A stretch of 64,000 bases of DNA. It comes from Malacoraja senta (lineage: Eukaryota). The notes beneath the pieces are model-generated. The model searched no databases, was not told the origin of the DNA, and saw only the letters and a list, made by a program, of their open reading frames with translations. Positions 26,320 through 40,364 of this stretch are shown in pieces. How positions within the stretch are numbered: position 1 is the first letter of the stretch; every line of letters starts with the position of its first letter. Made by a program: the position numbers and the translations under genes. The stretch covers positions 3,226,001 through 3,290,000 of the forward strand of contig CM075995.1 of the NCBI GenBank assembly GCA_038087875.1, in the 5' to 3' direction.

Positions 26320-27150
26320 GTATAAAACTGTTTGACGGCTCTGGGCCTGTACTCGCTGGAGTTTAGAAGGATGAGGGGGAACCACATTGAAGCTTACCAA
26401 ATAGTAAAGGGCCCGGATGTTTCCACTAGTGGGAGAGTCTGGGACCAGAGGTCACAGCCTCAGAATGAAAGGGCGTTCCTTTAGGAAGAAGATGAGGAGG
26501 AGTTTCCTTAGTCAGAGGGTGGTGAATCTGTGGAATTCATTGCCACAGAAGGCTGTGGAGGCCGTCAACAGATATTTTTAAGGCAGAGGTAGATAGAAAC
26601 ATTGAAACATAGAAAATAGGTGCAGGAGTAGGCCAATCGGCCCTTCGAGCCAACACTGCCATTCAATATGATCATGGCTGATCATCCAGAATCAGTACCC
26701 CATTCCTGCTATTTCTCCAGATCCCTTGATTCCGTAAGCCCCAAGAGCTATATTTAACTCTCTCTTCAATACATCCAGTGAATTGTCCTCCACTGCCTTC
26801 TGTGGCAGAGAATTTCACAGATTCATAACACTCTGGCTGAAAACGTTTTTCCTCATCTCAGTCCTAAATGGCCTACCCCTTATTCTTAAACTGTGACCCC
26901 TGGTTCTGGACTCCCCCAACATCGAGAACATTTTTCCTGCATCTCGCTTGATATGCTTCTAACAGATCCCTTCTCATCCCTCTAAATTCCAGCGAATTGT
27001 TGATTGGCACGGGTGTCAGGGGTTACGGGGAGAAGGCAGGAGAATGGTCTTGGAAGGGAAAGATAGATCAGCCATGATTGAATGGCGGAGTAGACTTGAT
27101 GGGCTGAATGGTCTAATACTGCTCCTCTCAGTTATGAACTTATGAACGTA
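26320..27150. mobile_element. Nested CR1 3' fragments
   Basis: Plus-strand CR1 (YSLEFRR...NLWNSLP) interrupted at ~26594-26997 by a minus-strand CR1 tail. Confidence 0.8.
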
Positions 27151-27323
27151 TGAAGTCAACCCTCCCTAGGTGAACCTACGGAATACTATTCATGGCTTAT
27201 GAACGCTAACTTTAATACCAGCGGAGCAGGAGTAGGCTGTTCTGTGCATTCTCATGTCTCTGTTCACTGTGCATAGCAGCAGATGCTTTGCATTACTCCT
27301 TTTTATTGATTATAATAACTTAC

Positions 27324-27458
27324 AAGCATGCATTTTTTTTCCATGCTGTACTTGTTAAATCTGCCGCTCCCTTCAAAAAGCTGTGTACATTTAAAACCTG
27401 CGCGGTAATGGATGTTCAACATCAGGTCCTTCCATCTTCGTCGAAAAAAAGTTATAGT
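27324..27458 (-). CDS. Candidate host exon, 135 nt, unidentified protein
   Basis: Acceptor tttactttatgctttcAG, donor GTAAGT; open in phase 0: TITFFRRRWKDLMLNIHYRAGFKCTQLFEGSGRFNKYSMEKKCML; non-repetitive. Confidence 0.35.
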
Positions 27459-28925
27459 CTGAAAGCATAAAGTAAACTCATCTTTGTCACATGGTGCAAC
27501 TGAAATGGAAATATTTATGTTGCCCAGCAGTGCTGTTCAAGCTTAAGGAGAACCTCCACATCGACTTATTTGGTAAAAGGCCCCAGGACTGAAATTCTAA
27601 CAGCTTAAAATCCACGTTAAAATGTGTGATCTATGAACGCTTCATGTACAAGTACGGGAAGGAATGAATCTACGCCCACAGAATAGTTGGGGATCCCTAC
27701 ACACACTCTTTGGTAGCTTCCACTGAAGCCAATTAACGTACAAACCTGTACATCTTTGGAGCGTAGGAGGAAACCGGAGCACCTGGGAAAACCCCATGTG
27801 GTCACGGGGAAAACGTGCAAACTCCCTGCATTCGGCACCTGTATTCAGGGTTGAACCTGCGTCTCTGGTGCTGTAAGGCAGCAACTCTACCGCTGCGCCA
27901 CCGTGCTGCTGAGCTTCTATAGATTCACAGTGGAAAACATCTTATCCAGTTGCATCACAGATTGGGGTGGCAACTGCTCTGCCCAAGACTGCAGGCATTG
28001 ACAGAGAGTTGTGAACGCACCCCAGACCATCACACAAACCAAACTCCCCTCACATTTATTCTTCATGCTGCCTCAGGTGTACAAGAACGACCCCAGGGAT
28101 GAGTAGGTTAACCTATGTTGATCATTTGTCGGCACTGGGCCTGTACTCGCCGGAGTTTAGAAGAATAAGGGGGGAAGAATCTCATTGAAAAGTACAGTAT
28201 AGTGAAAGGCTTGGGCAGAGAGGATGTGGAGAGGATGTGGAGGCGATCAGTGGATATATATATATATTTTTTTTAATTTTATTTTTTTTAATTTTTTATT
28301 TATTAGAAGTACATTGCATTACAACCACATACATTAGTACTCGTCACTTATGTCTTCTTACAATTAATGTACTCCATTTGTTTTTTACACTAGTAAAAGG
28401 AAAAGATAAGATTGAAAGAAAGAAGAAAGTGAAGGAAAAAGTGAGTGTAGAAAATGTGACAACAAAAAAGGACGAAGACCCTATAAGAACAAAATTAAAA
28501 ACAAAAGAAAAAGAGTTAAGAAATAGACCCTAGAAAAGAAGGAGAAAGAGAAAGAGGAAAAAGAGAGAAACAAATATTTTTTATGAGCATTACGCAAATG
28601 GGACATACCAACTCTTCAACTATCATCCCCCCTTACCTGACCTCAATTTTTTTTTAAGGTACCTTTGCACCCTATATTTGTAATAATTCTATAAATGCAG
28701 ACCACGTCAGGTGGAAGTGATCTGGTTTACCTGCTAGGAGGAGTCATATCTCTATCAGTGGATATTTCTAAGGCAGAGATAGATAGATTCTTGATTAGTA
28801 CGGTTTTCAGAGGTTATGGGGAGAAGACAGGCGAATGGAGTTAGGAGGGGGAGATAGATCAGCCATGATTGAATGGCGGAGTAGACTTGATGGGCCTAAT
28901 GGCCTAATTCTACTCCTATTCTTTA

Positions 28926-29665
28926 TAGAAACATAGAAACATAGAAAATAGGTGGAGGAGTAGGCCATTCGGCCCTTCGAGCCTGCACCGCCATTCAATA
29001 TGATCATGGCTGATCATCCAACTCAGTATCCCGTACCTGCCTTCTCTCCATACCCCCTGACCCCTTTAGCCCCAAGGGCCACATCTAACTCCCTCTTAAA
29101 TATAGCCAATGAACTGGCCTCAACTACCTTCTGTGGCAGAGAGTTCCAGAGATTCACCACTCTCTGTGTGAAAAATGTTTTTCTCATCTCGGTCCTAAAG
29201 GATTTCCCCTTAATCCTTAAACTGTGCCCCCTTGTCCTGGACTTCCCCAACATCGGGAACAATCTTCCTGCATCTAGCCTGTCCAACCCCTTAAGAATTT
29301 TGTAAGTTTCTATAAGATCCCCCCTCAATCTTCGAAATTCTAGCGAGTACAAGCCGAGTCTATCCAGTCTTTCTTCATATGAAAGTCCTGACATCCCAGG
29401 AATCAATCTGGTGAACCTTCTCTGTACTCCCTCTGTGGCAAGAATGTCTTTCCTCAGATTTGGAGACCAAAACTGTACGCAATACTCCAGGTGTGGTCTC
29501 ACCAAGACCCTGTACAACTGCAGTAGAACCTCCCTGCTCCTATACTCAAATCCTTTTGCTATGAATGCTAACATACCATTCGCTTTCTTCACTGCCTGCT
29601 GCACCTGCATGCCTACTTTCAATGACTGGTGTACCATGACACCCAGGTCTCGTTGCATCTCCCCT
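28926..29665 (-). mobile_element. Young CR1 3' fragment (open 211-aa ORF2 C-terminus)
   Basis: RDLGV...LVRPHLEYCVQFWSP...RVVNLWNSLP; (TTTCTATG)n tail. Confidence 0.92.
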
Positions 29666-30204
29666 TATGACCTTATGACATGAGACCCACTAACAGGGGT
29701 GGGGTTGGGGGAGAGGGGTTGTGTGCTGGGGGGAGGGGGGTGACTGAGGCAGCAGGTGAGTGAGTTTGCAAGGCTCTCCTTTTGCTATTTACATAATCAT
29801 AGAGTCACAGAGTCATACAGCGTGGAAACAGACCCTTCAGCCCAAGTTGCCCACATCGACCAACGTGCCACCTCTACACCAGCTCCACCTGCCTGCATTT
29901 GGCCTCTAAACCAATCCCATCCACGAACCGGTCCAAATATCTTCTAAATGCAAGGTTTTAGTGTGTTTACAGTACAGGGCGACCACCGATTTTCCGGCAC
30001 CCTTGGTTCCTGATTCTTTCTAGATTATCCGCTTTGCCAGACCAACAGGTCACAGCGCACTCTTGTAATTCTGTCGGGATTCATGGAAGTTCCCGGACCA
30101 CCAGTTGCCGGGAAGTCGGTGCTGGACTTGTACATGAGATGGAAAGGCTAAGTACCATCTACAATGCTCCTATGCCTCTATTAACAGTCATGGGCCAGCA
30201 TCCA

Positions 30205-30761
30205 TTTTTGTGTACAGTTTTGGTCTCCTAATTTGAGGAAGGACATCCTTGTGATTGAGGTAGTGCAGCATAGGTTCACGAGATTGATCCCTGGGATGGC
30301 GGGACTGTCATATGAGGAAAGATTGAAAAGACTAGGCTTGTATTCACTGGAGTTTAGAAGGGTGAGGGGAGATCTTATAGAAACATATAAAATTATAAAA
30401 GGACTGGACAAGCTAGATGCAGGAAAAATGTTCCCAATGTTGGGCAAGTCCAGAACCAGGGGCCACAGTCTTAGAATAAAGGGGAGGTCATTTAAGACTG
30501 AGGTGAGAAAAAACGTTTTCACCCCGAGAGTTGTGAATTTATGGAATTCCCTGCCACAGAGGGCAGTGGAGGCCAAGTCACTGGGTGGATTTAAGAGAGA
30601 GTTAGATAGAGCTTTAGGGGCTAGTGGAGTCAAGGGATATGGGGAGAAGGCAGGCACGGGTTATTGATAGGGGACGATCAGCCATGATCACAATGAATGG
30701 TGGTGCTGGCTCGAAGGGCCGAATGGCCTCCTCCTGCACCTATTTTCTATGTTTCTATGTT
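30205..30761 (+). mobile_element. CR1 3' fragment
   Basis: ORF 30233-30667; (TTTCTATG)n tail. Confidence 0.9.
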
Positions 30762-31717
30762 CCTATCCCAAGAAGTCAGTGGGTGACGAAGTTGACCCTT
30801 TAGTAAGACTCAAGGAACTATAAGATTAACCATAAGTAGTGGGTTTTACTTGCATAAGGGGAAAAGTGTCTCAGTCAAACTCCAATGTTAAGTCGGTACA
30901 GCGGGACATTTATACAGCAAAACTGAGGAAGTACAGATGTGAGGTAGATTGATGTGTGAATCTATACTTCTAAATTATACAAAAGTCGCGACTTCTTGGT
31001 TCCGTACACAACAGAGTATAAAGGTAAGGACATAGGTTCAAGGTGAAGGAGAAAAGATTTAATAGGAATCTGAGGGGTAACTTTTTCATACAAAGGGTGG
31101 TGGGTGTATGGAACAAGCTGCCAGAGGAGGTAGTTGAGGCTGGGACTATCCCAACGTTTAAGAAACAGTTAGACATGTAGGACAGGTTTGGAGGGATATG
31201 GAACAAGTGCGGGCAGGTGGGACTAGTGTAGCTGGGACATGTTGGTCGGTGCGGGCAAGTTGGGTCGAAGGGCCTGTTTCCACACTGTATCACTCTATGA
31301 CTCTATGATACTAGCTATTGTCTGCTGAAACCTTAAGGAGCAAGAGAGTTCAAAGGTAGGGGAAATGAATATGTTAAACAACAAACACTATAACTGGCAT
31401 ACCTTTAATGTATTGATGAATTGTACACCTTCAATAGCTGTTGGGACATCCACATGGGGTGGTCGCACTTTCTTAAGGAAGCTCTTTGCTCATCCTTGCA
31501 CCTTTTCCTCCCTTAGTCTGTGCTTGGGAAATAATTTTTGCTGGAAATACTCAGCAGATGTGACAATATCCAGAGAGGCAAGACAGGATTTGAACTGCAG
31601 GCAGATAATCCCCAATCAGAACTGGGAAAGGTTAGAGTCAACACAAGATTTAAAAGGCAGACAAATGGGGAAAGAGTGGATTCCGTGATCAGATAAAAGA
31701 GTGGCACTCATCTAATC

Positions 31718-31995
31718 GGCACGGTGGCGCAGCGGTAGAGTTGCTGCCCCACAGCACCAGAGACCCGGGTTCGATCCTGACTACGGGTGCGGTCTGCACG
31801 GAGTTTGAACGTTCTCCCCGTGACCTGCGTGGGTTTTCTCCCGGAGCTCCGGTTTTCCTCCCACACTCCAAAGACGTACAGGTTTGTAGGTTGATTGGCA
31901 TGGTAAATGTGTTAATGTGTGGGGATCGCTGGTCGGCGCGGACTCAGTGGGCCGAAGGGCTTGTTTCCCCACTGTATGTCTAAACTAAACTAGAC
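31718..31995 (+). mobile_element. HE1-like SINE
   Basis: Same consensus. Confidence 0.88.
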
Positions 31996-34900
31996 TAGAA
32001 CAAACTAATCACATGATCACTGCACCTATCGGGCCGACTCATAAAATGGCTTAGCTGGATTCTGATAAGTGAATAAATACCTCGAAATATTTAAATAGCA
32101 TTAGATCAGCACATCGTCCTTCCCCTCTGGGACTGTCATGAAAGACTCCTACTTGAAATAAGATTCCACTGTCTCAGTCCCGATTTTAATGGCGCCAACA
32201 GAACTGCGTGAAATTGTGAAATACATCGCCATTAAATTGTCAATCTGAGTGGAAAAGCTGCAAGGATGATTTGTGGGGGAGGTGGAGAAAAACATCACAC
32301 CAGATCAGTAGCTATTTCAGTGGAGCTCTACTGAATCAAAGCTGAATCAGTTATGACAATTTTTACATGGGGCTAACAATAATCTAATAAGAATTGAGTT
32401 AAAATGAAGTTCATGTTCATAAGTGATAGGAGCAGAATTAGGCCATTCGACCCATCAAGTCTACTCTGCCCTTCAATCATTGCTGATCTATCTTTCCCCT
32501 CTTAACCCCATTCTCCTTCCTTCTCCCCATAACCCCTGACACCCACACCTATCAAGAATCTATCTATCTCTGCCTTAAAAATATCCATTGACTTGGCCTC
32601 CACACATTCACCACCATCTGACTAAAGAAATTCCTTCTCATCTTTAGTTTAGTTTAGTTTAGTTTAAAGATACAGTACGGAAACAGGCCCTACGGCCCAC
32701 TGAGTCCAGGCCGACCAGTGATCCCCGCACACTAACACTATCCTACAGACACTAGGGACAAGTTACAATTATACCAAGCCAGTTAACCTACAAACTCTCT
32801 GCCACAGTGTTGAATTCTCTGCGCAGAAGGCAGTGGAGGCCAATTTCCTAAAGGAATGTTCTTTAATTCTGAGGCTATGACCTCTGGTTCGAGACTCTCC
32901 CACTAGTGGAAACATCCTCTCCACATCCACTATATCCAGGCCTTTTACTATTCGGTAAGTTTGGAAGTTCTCCCAGGAAACGTTAACCGTTTATTCATGT
33001 CAAGTCAGCAATCTATTCAGGGACATTCTGGTGGGACTAGAGTAGATGGGGCATCTTGGTCGGCATGGGCAAGTTGGGCTGAAGGGCCTGACTCCATGCT
33101 GTATGACTCTGTGACGCTATGACTCTAAAGCAAAAAATAAAATACTGTAGTAACTCAGTGGGTCAGTCGGCATCTGTGGAGGGAATGGACATTTCAGGAT
33201 GGGACCCTTTTTCAGAATGATAGGAGGAGAAGGCTGGAAAAGACAGTTGAGGGCATGGCAATGCCTGGCAATTGTGAATCTGGATGAGAACATTATCTAT
33301 TTAGTTAGCATTATTATGGTTTATAATTATCTGTACTGAGGAAAAATGTATCTTAATGCAATTTGACTATCAATTCACCATTACAGTTCGTGCTTGAGCA
33401 CTCGGTTAGAGAGTCATAGAGTGATACAGCGTGGAAACAGGCCCTTTGGCCCAACATGACCACACCGGCCACCGTGTCCCAGCTACACTAGTCCCACCTG
33501 CCCGCGTTTGGCCCATACACTTCCAAACCCTCCAGATGAGGAAAAACGTTTCCACCCAGAGAGTTGTGAATCTGTAGAATTCTCTGCCACAGAAGGCAGT
33601 GGAGGCCAATTCACTGGATGTTTTCAAGAGAGAGTTGGACTTTGCTCTTAGGGCTAAAGGAATCAAGGGATATGGGGAAAAAGCAGGAACGGGGTACTCA
33701 ATCAGCCATAATCATATTGAATGGCGGTGCTGGCTCTAAGAGCCGAATGGTCTACTCCTGCACCTATTTTTCTATGTTTCTATGTTTCTAACTCTGTCCT
33801 ATCCATGTGACTGTATAATTGTTTGTTAAATGTTGCAATAGTTCCTGCTTCAACTACCTCGTCTGGCAGCTTGTTCATACACCCACCACCCTTTTGTGTG
33901 AAATTGTTACCTCTCAGATTCCTATTAAATCTAAGCAAGGAAAGACACCAAATGTTGGAGTAACTCAGCAAGTCAGACAGTGTCCCTGGAGATCATGGAT
34001 AGGTGATGTTTTGGGACGGGACTCTTCTTCAGACAGAGAAATGTATGAAGAAGGGTATGACCTGAAACATCACCTATCCTTTTTATAAGGTAATTAGGTC
34101 ATGTAATAGGAGCAGAATTGGGCTAGTCGGCCCATCAGGTTTACTCTGCCATTCAATCGTGGCGGATCTCTCTCTCCCTTCTAACCCCATTCTCCTGCCA
34201 TCTCCCCAAAACCCCTGACACCTGTACTAATCAAGAATCTATCGCTGCCTTAAAAATATCCACTGACTTGGCCTCCACATCCTTCAGTGGCAAAGAATTC
34301 CACAGATTCACCACCCTCTGACCAAAGAAATTGCTTCTCATCTCCTTCCTAAAGGAACGTCCTTTAATTCTGAGGCTATGACCTCTAGTCCTAGACTCTC
34401 CCACTGGTGGAAACATCCTCTCCACATCCACTCTATCCAAGCCTTTCACTATCCGGTATGTTTCAATGAGGTCCCCCCCTCATTCTTCTAACCTCCAGTG
34501 AGCACAGTGCCAGTGCCGTCAAATGCTCATCATGAGTTAACCCACTCATTCCTGGCATCATCCTTGTAAACCTCCTCTGGACCCTCTCCAGGGCCAGCTC
34601 ATCATTCCTCAGATATCATGCTCAAAATTACTCACAATACTCCAAATGCGGCTTGACCAACGCCTTATAGGGTCTCAACATTACATCCCTGGGAAGCTGT
34701 TCATCAGGGACATTGCCTGACCCACTGAATCACTCCAGCAATTTGTGTCTTTCCTTGGTAAACCAGCATCTGCAGCTCCTTGCTTCTATATTTAGTGTCG
34801 TGCGTATATGTCTTTATGTGCCTGGTGTATCTGGACTGTATGTACTATATGTGTGAGTGTGTCTTTCATAATATATTCTGAGGTCGAAGGAAGACCTGAT

Positions 34901-35754
34901 AGAAGTACATTGAATTTTGAGAGGCGTAGATGAGGTAGAATGTTTGATTCCCCAGAGTGGAAACATCAAAGACTAGAGCTCATAGCTTTAAGGTGAAAGG
35001 AGCAAGGGTAAGTGTTGAAGGGGAAAGGGTAAAGGTGAAAAAGGTTATGGGGAGCAGGCAGGAGAATGGGGTTAGGAGGGAGAGATACATCAGCTATGAT
35101 CGAATGGGCCTAGATGGGCCGAATGGCCTCATTCTGCTCCTATCTCATGATCTGATGATCTATGTTTCAAGGAGATGTGTGGGGTAAGTTGTGTTGTGTG
35201 ATGGGTGCCTGGAACATGTTGCCAGAGGTGATGTTGGGGGCAGATACAATGGTGGGGTTAGGCACATGGATATGGAGGGATATGGATCACGTGCAGGCAG
35301 GGGAGATATGTTTATCTTTGCATCATGTACGGCACATATATTGTGGGCCGAAAGGCCTGAACCTGTGTTGTACTATTTGGTAACTCTGTTTTTACCATCA
35401 ATGCAAGGTGACAGCTATTCAGATGACTGATTCATCGGCATGCTTGATGCTTTTAGTACCAATGCAACCTTGATTAGAAGTACAATAAACATTAATTAGG
35501 CTATCATAAAACATAAAAGTCAAGAGTCAAGAGTGTTTTTTGTCATATGTCCCAAACAGAACAATTACACATTATTTTTAAAAGTCAATAGACACTAGGG
35601 AATAGGTGCAGGAGTAGGCCATTCGGCCTTTCGAGCCAGCACCGCCATTCAATGTGATCACGGCTGATCATCCCCAATCAGTACCTTGTTCCTGGCTTCT
35701 CCCCATATCCCCTGACTCCACTAGCTTTAAGAGCCTTATCTAAGTCCTCAAAGC

Positions 35755-35929
35755 AAGAGGAGGGGGTGGCAGTGCTGGAGATACGCCCCTGCACAGTTGG
35801 GGGCTATGGGTGAGTGCTGGAATATGGGGGAACGGGTGAGAGGTGGAATATTGCATTGGGGAACGGGTTGCATTGGGCTTCCCGTGTGACAGGGTCCCGG
35901 TGGGTCCCAATGGGTCCCAATTGGTCTAT
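35755..35929 (+). mobile_element. Helitron-like 3' fragment
   Basis: Similar to the reverse complement of 54432-54560; degenerate GGGTCCCAATGGGTCCC hairpin running into (TA)n. Confidence 0.6.
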
Positions 35930-36280
<351 letters not shown>

Positions 36281-36284
<4 letters not shown>

Positions 36285-36757
36285 GATACATAGAAAATAG
36301 GTGCAGGAGTAGGCCATTCGGCCCTTCGAGCCTGCACCGCCATTCAATATGATCATGGCTGATCATCCAACTCAGTATCCCGTACCTGCCTTCTCTCCAT
36401 ACCCCCTGATCCCCTTAGCCACAAGGGCCACATCTAACTCCCTCTTAAATATAGCCAATGAACAGGCCTCAACTACCCTCTGTGGCAGAGAGTTCCAGAG
36501 ATTCACCACTCTCTGTGTGAAAACGTTTTTCCTCATCTCGGTCTTAAAGGATTTCCCCCTTATCCTTAAGCTGTGACCCCTTGTCCTGGACTTCCCCAAC
36601 ATCGGGAACAATCTTCCTGCATCTAGCCTGTCCAACCCCATAAGAATTTTGTACGTTTCTATAAGATCCCCTCTCAATCTCCTAAATTCTAGCGGGTATA
36701 AGCCAAGTCTATCCAGTCTTTCTTCATATGAAAGTCCTGACATCCCAGGGATCAGTC
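36281..36757 (-). mobile_element. CR1 3' fragment
   Basis: ORF 36372-36743, nearly identical to the copy at 29023. Confidence 0.9.
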
Positions 36758-36970
36758 TATATATACTAGACTAGACTAGGTGGGACCCATTGGGTCCCAT
36801 GTTCACACAGGGATAGCTGGTCCTCCAACGCAATATTCCACCTTTCCACCAATTCCAATATTGGTAGCCAGTGTGGGGGTGGCTTTCTGGAGCGCTAGTA
36901 TGGGTATTGTGGGCAGAAGGGACTGGGTTCCAGAGGGCTAGTATGGACATTGTGGACCAAATGGATTATT

Positions 36971-37230
36971 GGGCTGGCAGCTCAGTCACTCAGGCCTGGT
37001 GGGCTGGCAGCTCAGTCACTCAGGCCTGGTAGGCTGGCAGCTCAGTCACTCAGGCCTGGTGGGCTGGCAGCTCAGTCACTCAGGGCTGGTGGGCTGGCAG
37101 CTCAGTCGCTCAGGGCTGGTGGGCTGGCAGCTCAGTAACTCAGGGCTGGTGGGCTGGAAGCTCAGTCACTCAGGGCTGGTGGGCTGGCAGATCAGTCACT
37201 CAGTGCTGGTGGTCTGGAAGTTCACTCACG
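36971..37230. repeat. 30-bp minisatellite, about 8 copies
   Basis: Unit GGGCTGGCAGCTCAGTCACTCAGG(C/G)CTGGT. Confidence 0.95.
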
Positions 37231-37255
37231 GCTATTCCTTGAAATTCTATTTCAT

Positions 37256-37722
37256 GCAGAGTGCAGGCCAACAAATTCAATTTCATCGCATTTCGAGCAG
37301 AGTGCAGGCCACCAAATTCAATTTCATAGCATTTCAAGCAGAGTGCAGGCCACCACATTCAATTTCATAGCATATCAAGCAGACTGCAGGCCATTAAATT
37401 CAATTTGATAGCATTTCAAGCAGTGCAAGCCACCAAATTCAATTTTATACCATTTCAAGCGGAGTGCAGGCCACCAAATTCCATTTCATAGCATTTCAAG
37501 CAGAGTGCAAGCCACCAAATTCAATTTCATATCATTTCAAGCAGAGTGCAGGCCACCAAATTCAATTACATACCATTTCAAGCAGAGTGCAGGCCACCAA
37601 ATTCAATTTCATACCATTTCAAGCAGCGTGCAGGCCACCAAATTAAATTTCATAGCGTTTCAAGCAGAGTGCAGGCCACCAAATTCAATTTAATAGCATT
37701 TCAAGGAGAGTGCAGGCCACCA
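37256..37722. repeat. 41-bp minisatellite, about 11 copies
   Basis: Unit GCAGAGTGCAGGCCACCAAATTCAATTTCATAGCATTTCAA. Confidence 0.95.
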
Positions 37723-38154
37723 AGTTGCCAAACAACTCATTGCATTGTCATTAAGGGCTAACAAATCATTCATGGCAATTACATTGCAGACTCACAGTTC
37801 AGTTGATTCACAACTTAAAATCACAGTTGTGGACTCTCCCTCACGATCTTCCAGAGTGACTGACACATCCAGTCATCTGGTGTTTTATAGTCCTGTCCCT
37901 CAGAAGGGTTGTTACCTTCATCGTGGTGATTGACAGGCAAGAGGACCAATCAGCAGATCTCAAGATTTTTTAAACACTCATAACTTTTTTATTTTTCATC
38001 GATCGGAAATTTTTTCAGGGTTGCCTCAGCGGAGGACTGTGAGTAAGATGGCCAAAAATCATACCAATATATCGTAGCGCCGACAGGAAGTGGTCAAGAT
38101 GAGACTTTTAGTTATATAGATATATATTTAGACACACACACACACACATACATA

Positions 38155-38189
<35 letters not shown>

Positions 38190-38711
38190 TACATGCATAC
38201 ATACACAACTAAACCAAACAAACAAACAATAATAGTGCAAATAGACAAAACCAATGGCAAATCTATGAGGTTCGGAGTTTATTTGGTTGTAGTAGTGTTT
38301 AATAGTCTGATGACTGTGGGGAAGTAGCTGTTCCTGAACCTGAATGTTACCATTTAACACTAATCATTGTTTGTGGCAAAGCAACCACAATAACGGCACA
38401 GTGGCGCAGCGGTAGAGTTGCTGCCTTACTGCGGCAAAGACCTGGGTTCGATCCCGACTATGGGTGCTTTCTGTACGGAGTTTGTGCGTTCTCCCCGTGA
38501 CCTGCGTGAGTTTACTCCAGGTGTTCCGGTCTCCTCCCACACTCCAAAAATTGTCCATAATGTAGGATAGTTAGTGCGCGGGGATTGCTGGTTGGTGCGG
38601 ACTTGGTGGGCCGAGTGCCTGTTTCTGTGCTGTATCTCGAATTCAAAAATGTTTTTTTAATCGCTCCTGCCTTGCAGTCTCAGGCCTACTGCAGCCTTCA
38701 GAGTCCATTAC

Positions 38712-38796
38712 CTTTTGTTATCCTCTGCTAAGTTTCTAACCTTTGACCCAGCTTCTAACCTTTCCGCGAAGGAGAGGCTGAGTTGACTGCGCTCAT
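38712..38796 (-). CDS. Candidate host exon, 85 nt
   Basis: Acceptor ttcttttctacAG, donor AG|GTAATG; open frame ERSQLSLSFAERLEAGSKVRNLAEDNK. Confidence 0.35.
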
Positions 38797-39596
38797 CTGT
38801 AGAAAAGAACGGGGTCATGCCTCTCGAGAAAGAGTGCACATTTGGCATGTTGCACTTTGAACTTTTGCACTGCATTACCTAAGCATTACCTTCAACTGCT
38901 GATGATGCAGAAACCGATAGCTCCTTGGAGGGCATTAGAAGTGAACTTCAGGGAAGAGGTCCCGGGGACAAGGCTTTGGTGTGTGACATTCAGCTCTTTG
39001 TTAACATTAAGTCTTGCAAAAAATTACCAAGCTGTGTTCTTCGTGCATTCCGACATTGCCATGTTGAAACAATCACTACAATTCAGACAGGCCTCTTTGG
39101 TTACATAGAGACATAGAAACATAGAAAATAGGTGCAGGAGGCCATTGGCACTTCGAGCCAGCATCGCCATTCATTGTGATCATGGCTAATCACCTACAAT
39201 TGGTAACCCGTGCCTGCAAATCTCCCCATATCCCTTGATTCCACAGGCACCCTAGAGCTCTATCTAATGGTTGTGAAACATTTCAGGAGGCTCTCAACTC
39301 ATGAAAGGCAACCTTTCTTTCCATTCCCACGAATCACATGTTTGGCATCAATATGCTCTCATTAGGTCATAGCGTTGGGCGGCAGAGTGGCGCAGCCCTA
39401 GAGTTGCTACCTTACAGAGCCAGAGCACCAGGTTCAATCCTGACTACGGGTGCAGACTGTACGGAGTTTGTACGTTCTCCACGTGACCGAGAGGGTTTTC
39501 TCCATGTGGGTGCTCCAGTTTCCTCCCACACTCCAAAGACGGGTTGTACGTTAATTGGCTTTTGTAAAATTGTAGATTGTAAATTGTCCCTGGCGT

Positions 39597-40364
39597 AGTT
39601 GGGTCTTTAGCATTATCTATATCTAACTGTTTTATTTGATCTTCTAAGTGTCTTTGTTCATTCTTATTCTTTTTATTTTGATAAGCTTGAAATGAAATAA
39701 TGACTCCTCTTATAAATGCTTTGAAGGATTCCCATAATAACGTGGGGGATATCTCTGGTGTATCATTTAACTCAAAAAATAGATCCATCTGTTTTTTTAG
39801 ATAGATACTCCCTTGAGGGTCTTTTAAAATTTGTGAGTTAAACCTCCAGAACGGTTTATTCATAGACATTCCTTCTAGTTTTAGAACAAAAGTTAACGGA
39901 GAATGATCTGAGATCGCATTAATATGATATTTAGGATTCAAAGATTGTGAGATTAATTTTGTATCCACTAGAAAATAGTCTATCCGTGAATATGTTTTAT
40001 GCACCATTGAATAAAACGAGTAATCCCTTCCCGTCGGGTTTGCAATCCTCCATACATCTGTTATATTTGTGTTTTCCATATATGTGTGTAAGAGTTCACT
40101 GGTTTTAGATTTCGTCTGACCTTTTTGTTTTTGCATCGATTTATCTAAATAAGGATCTAAAACACAATTAAAATCTCCTCCGATTATAACATTTTGATAA
40201 TTAGATTCTGCAATTATATTCAGAATTTTATTAAAAAATTGAGGGTTATCAAAGTCGGGCGCATATATGTTTACCAGCGTGATTGGCATATTATTGATCT
40301 CCCCTGCTACTATAAGATATCTCCCTTCCTTATCTAAAATAGTGTTCTTTGATTTAAATGGAAC
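39597..40364 (-). pseudogene. Inverted L1 endonuclease segment
   Basis: NIYAPD, GDFN, SRIDY, SDHSP; collinear with ORF 7868 from PFK.KNT to DNAKD.T. Confidence 0.93.

Larger units (their letters stand above)
36766..38120 (-). mobile_element. Non-autonomous Helitron-like element with internal minisatellites
   Basis: Minus strand reads A|TCTATATAACTAAAA ... hairpin TGGGACCCAATGGGTCCCA (36781-36799), 11 nt, CTAG|T; no TSD. Related sequence near 35760, 43906 and 54432. Confidence 0.8.

Noticed and set aside
30850..30925. Minus-strand exon candidate
   Set aside because: Good acceptor but stops in all three frames.
36971..37722. CRISPR-like regular 30-bp and 41-bp repeats (also 56075-56548)
   Set aside because: Head-to-tail units with no unique spacers, no cas genes, eukaryotic context.
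39444..39596. C-terminal extension of the minus-strand L1 ORF
   Set aside because: Read-through past the TSD into SINE sequence.
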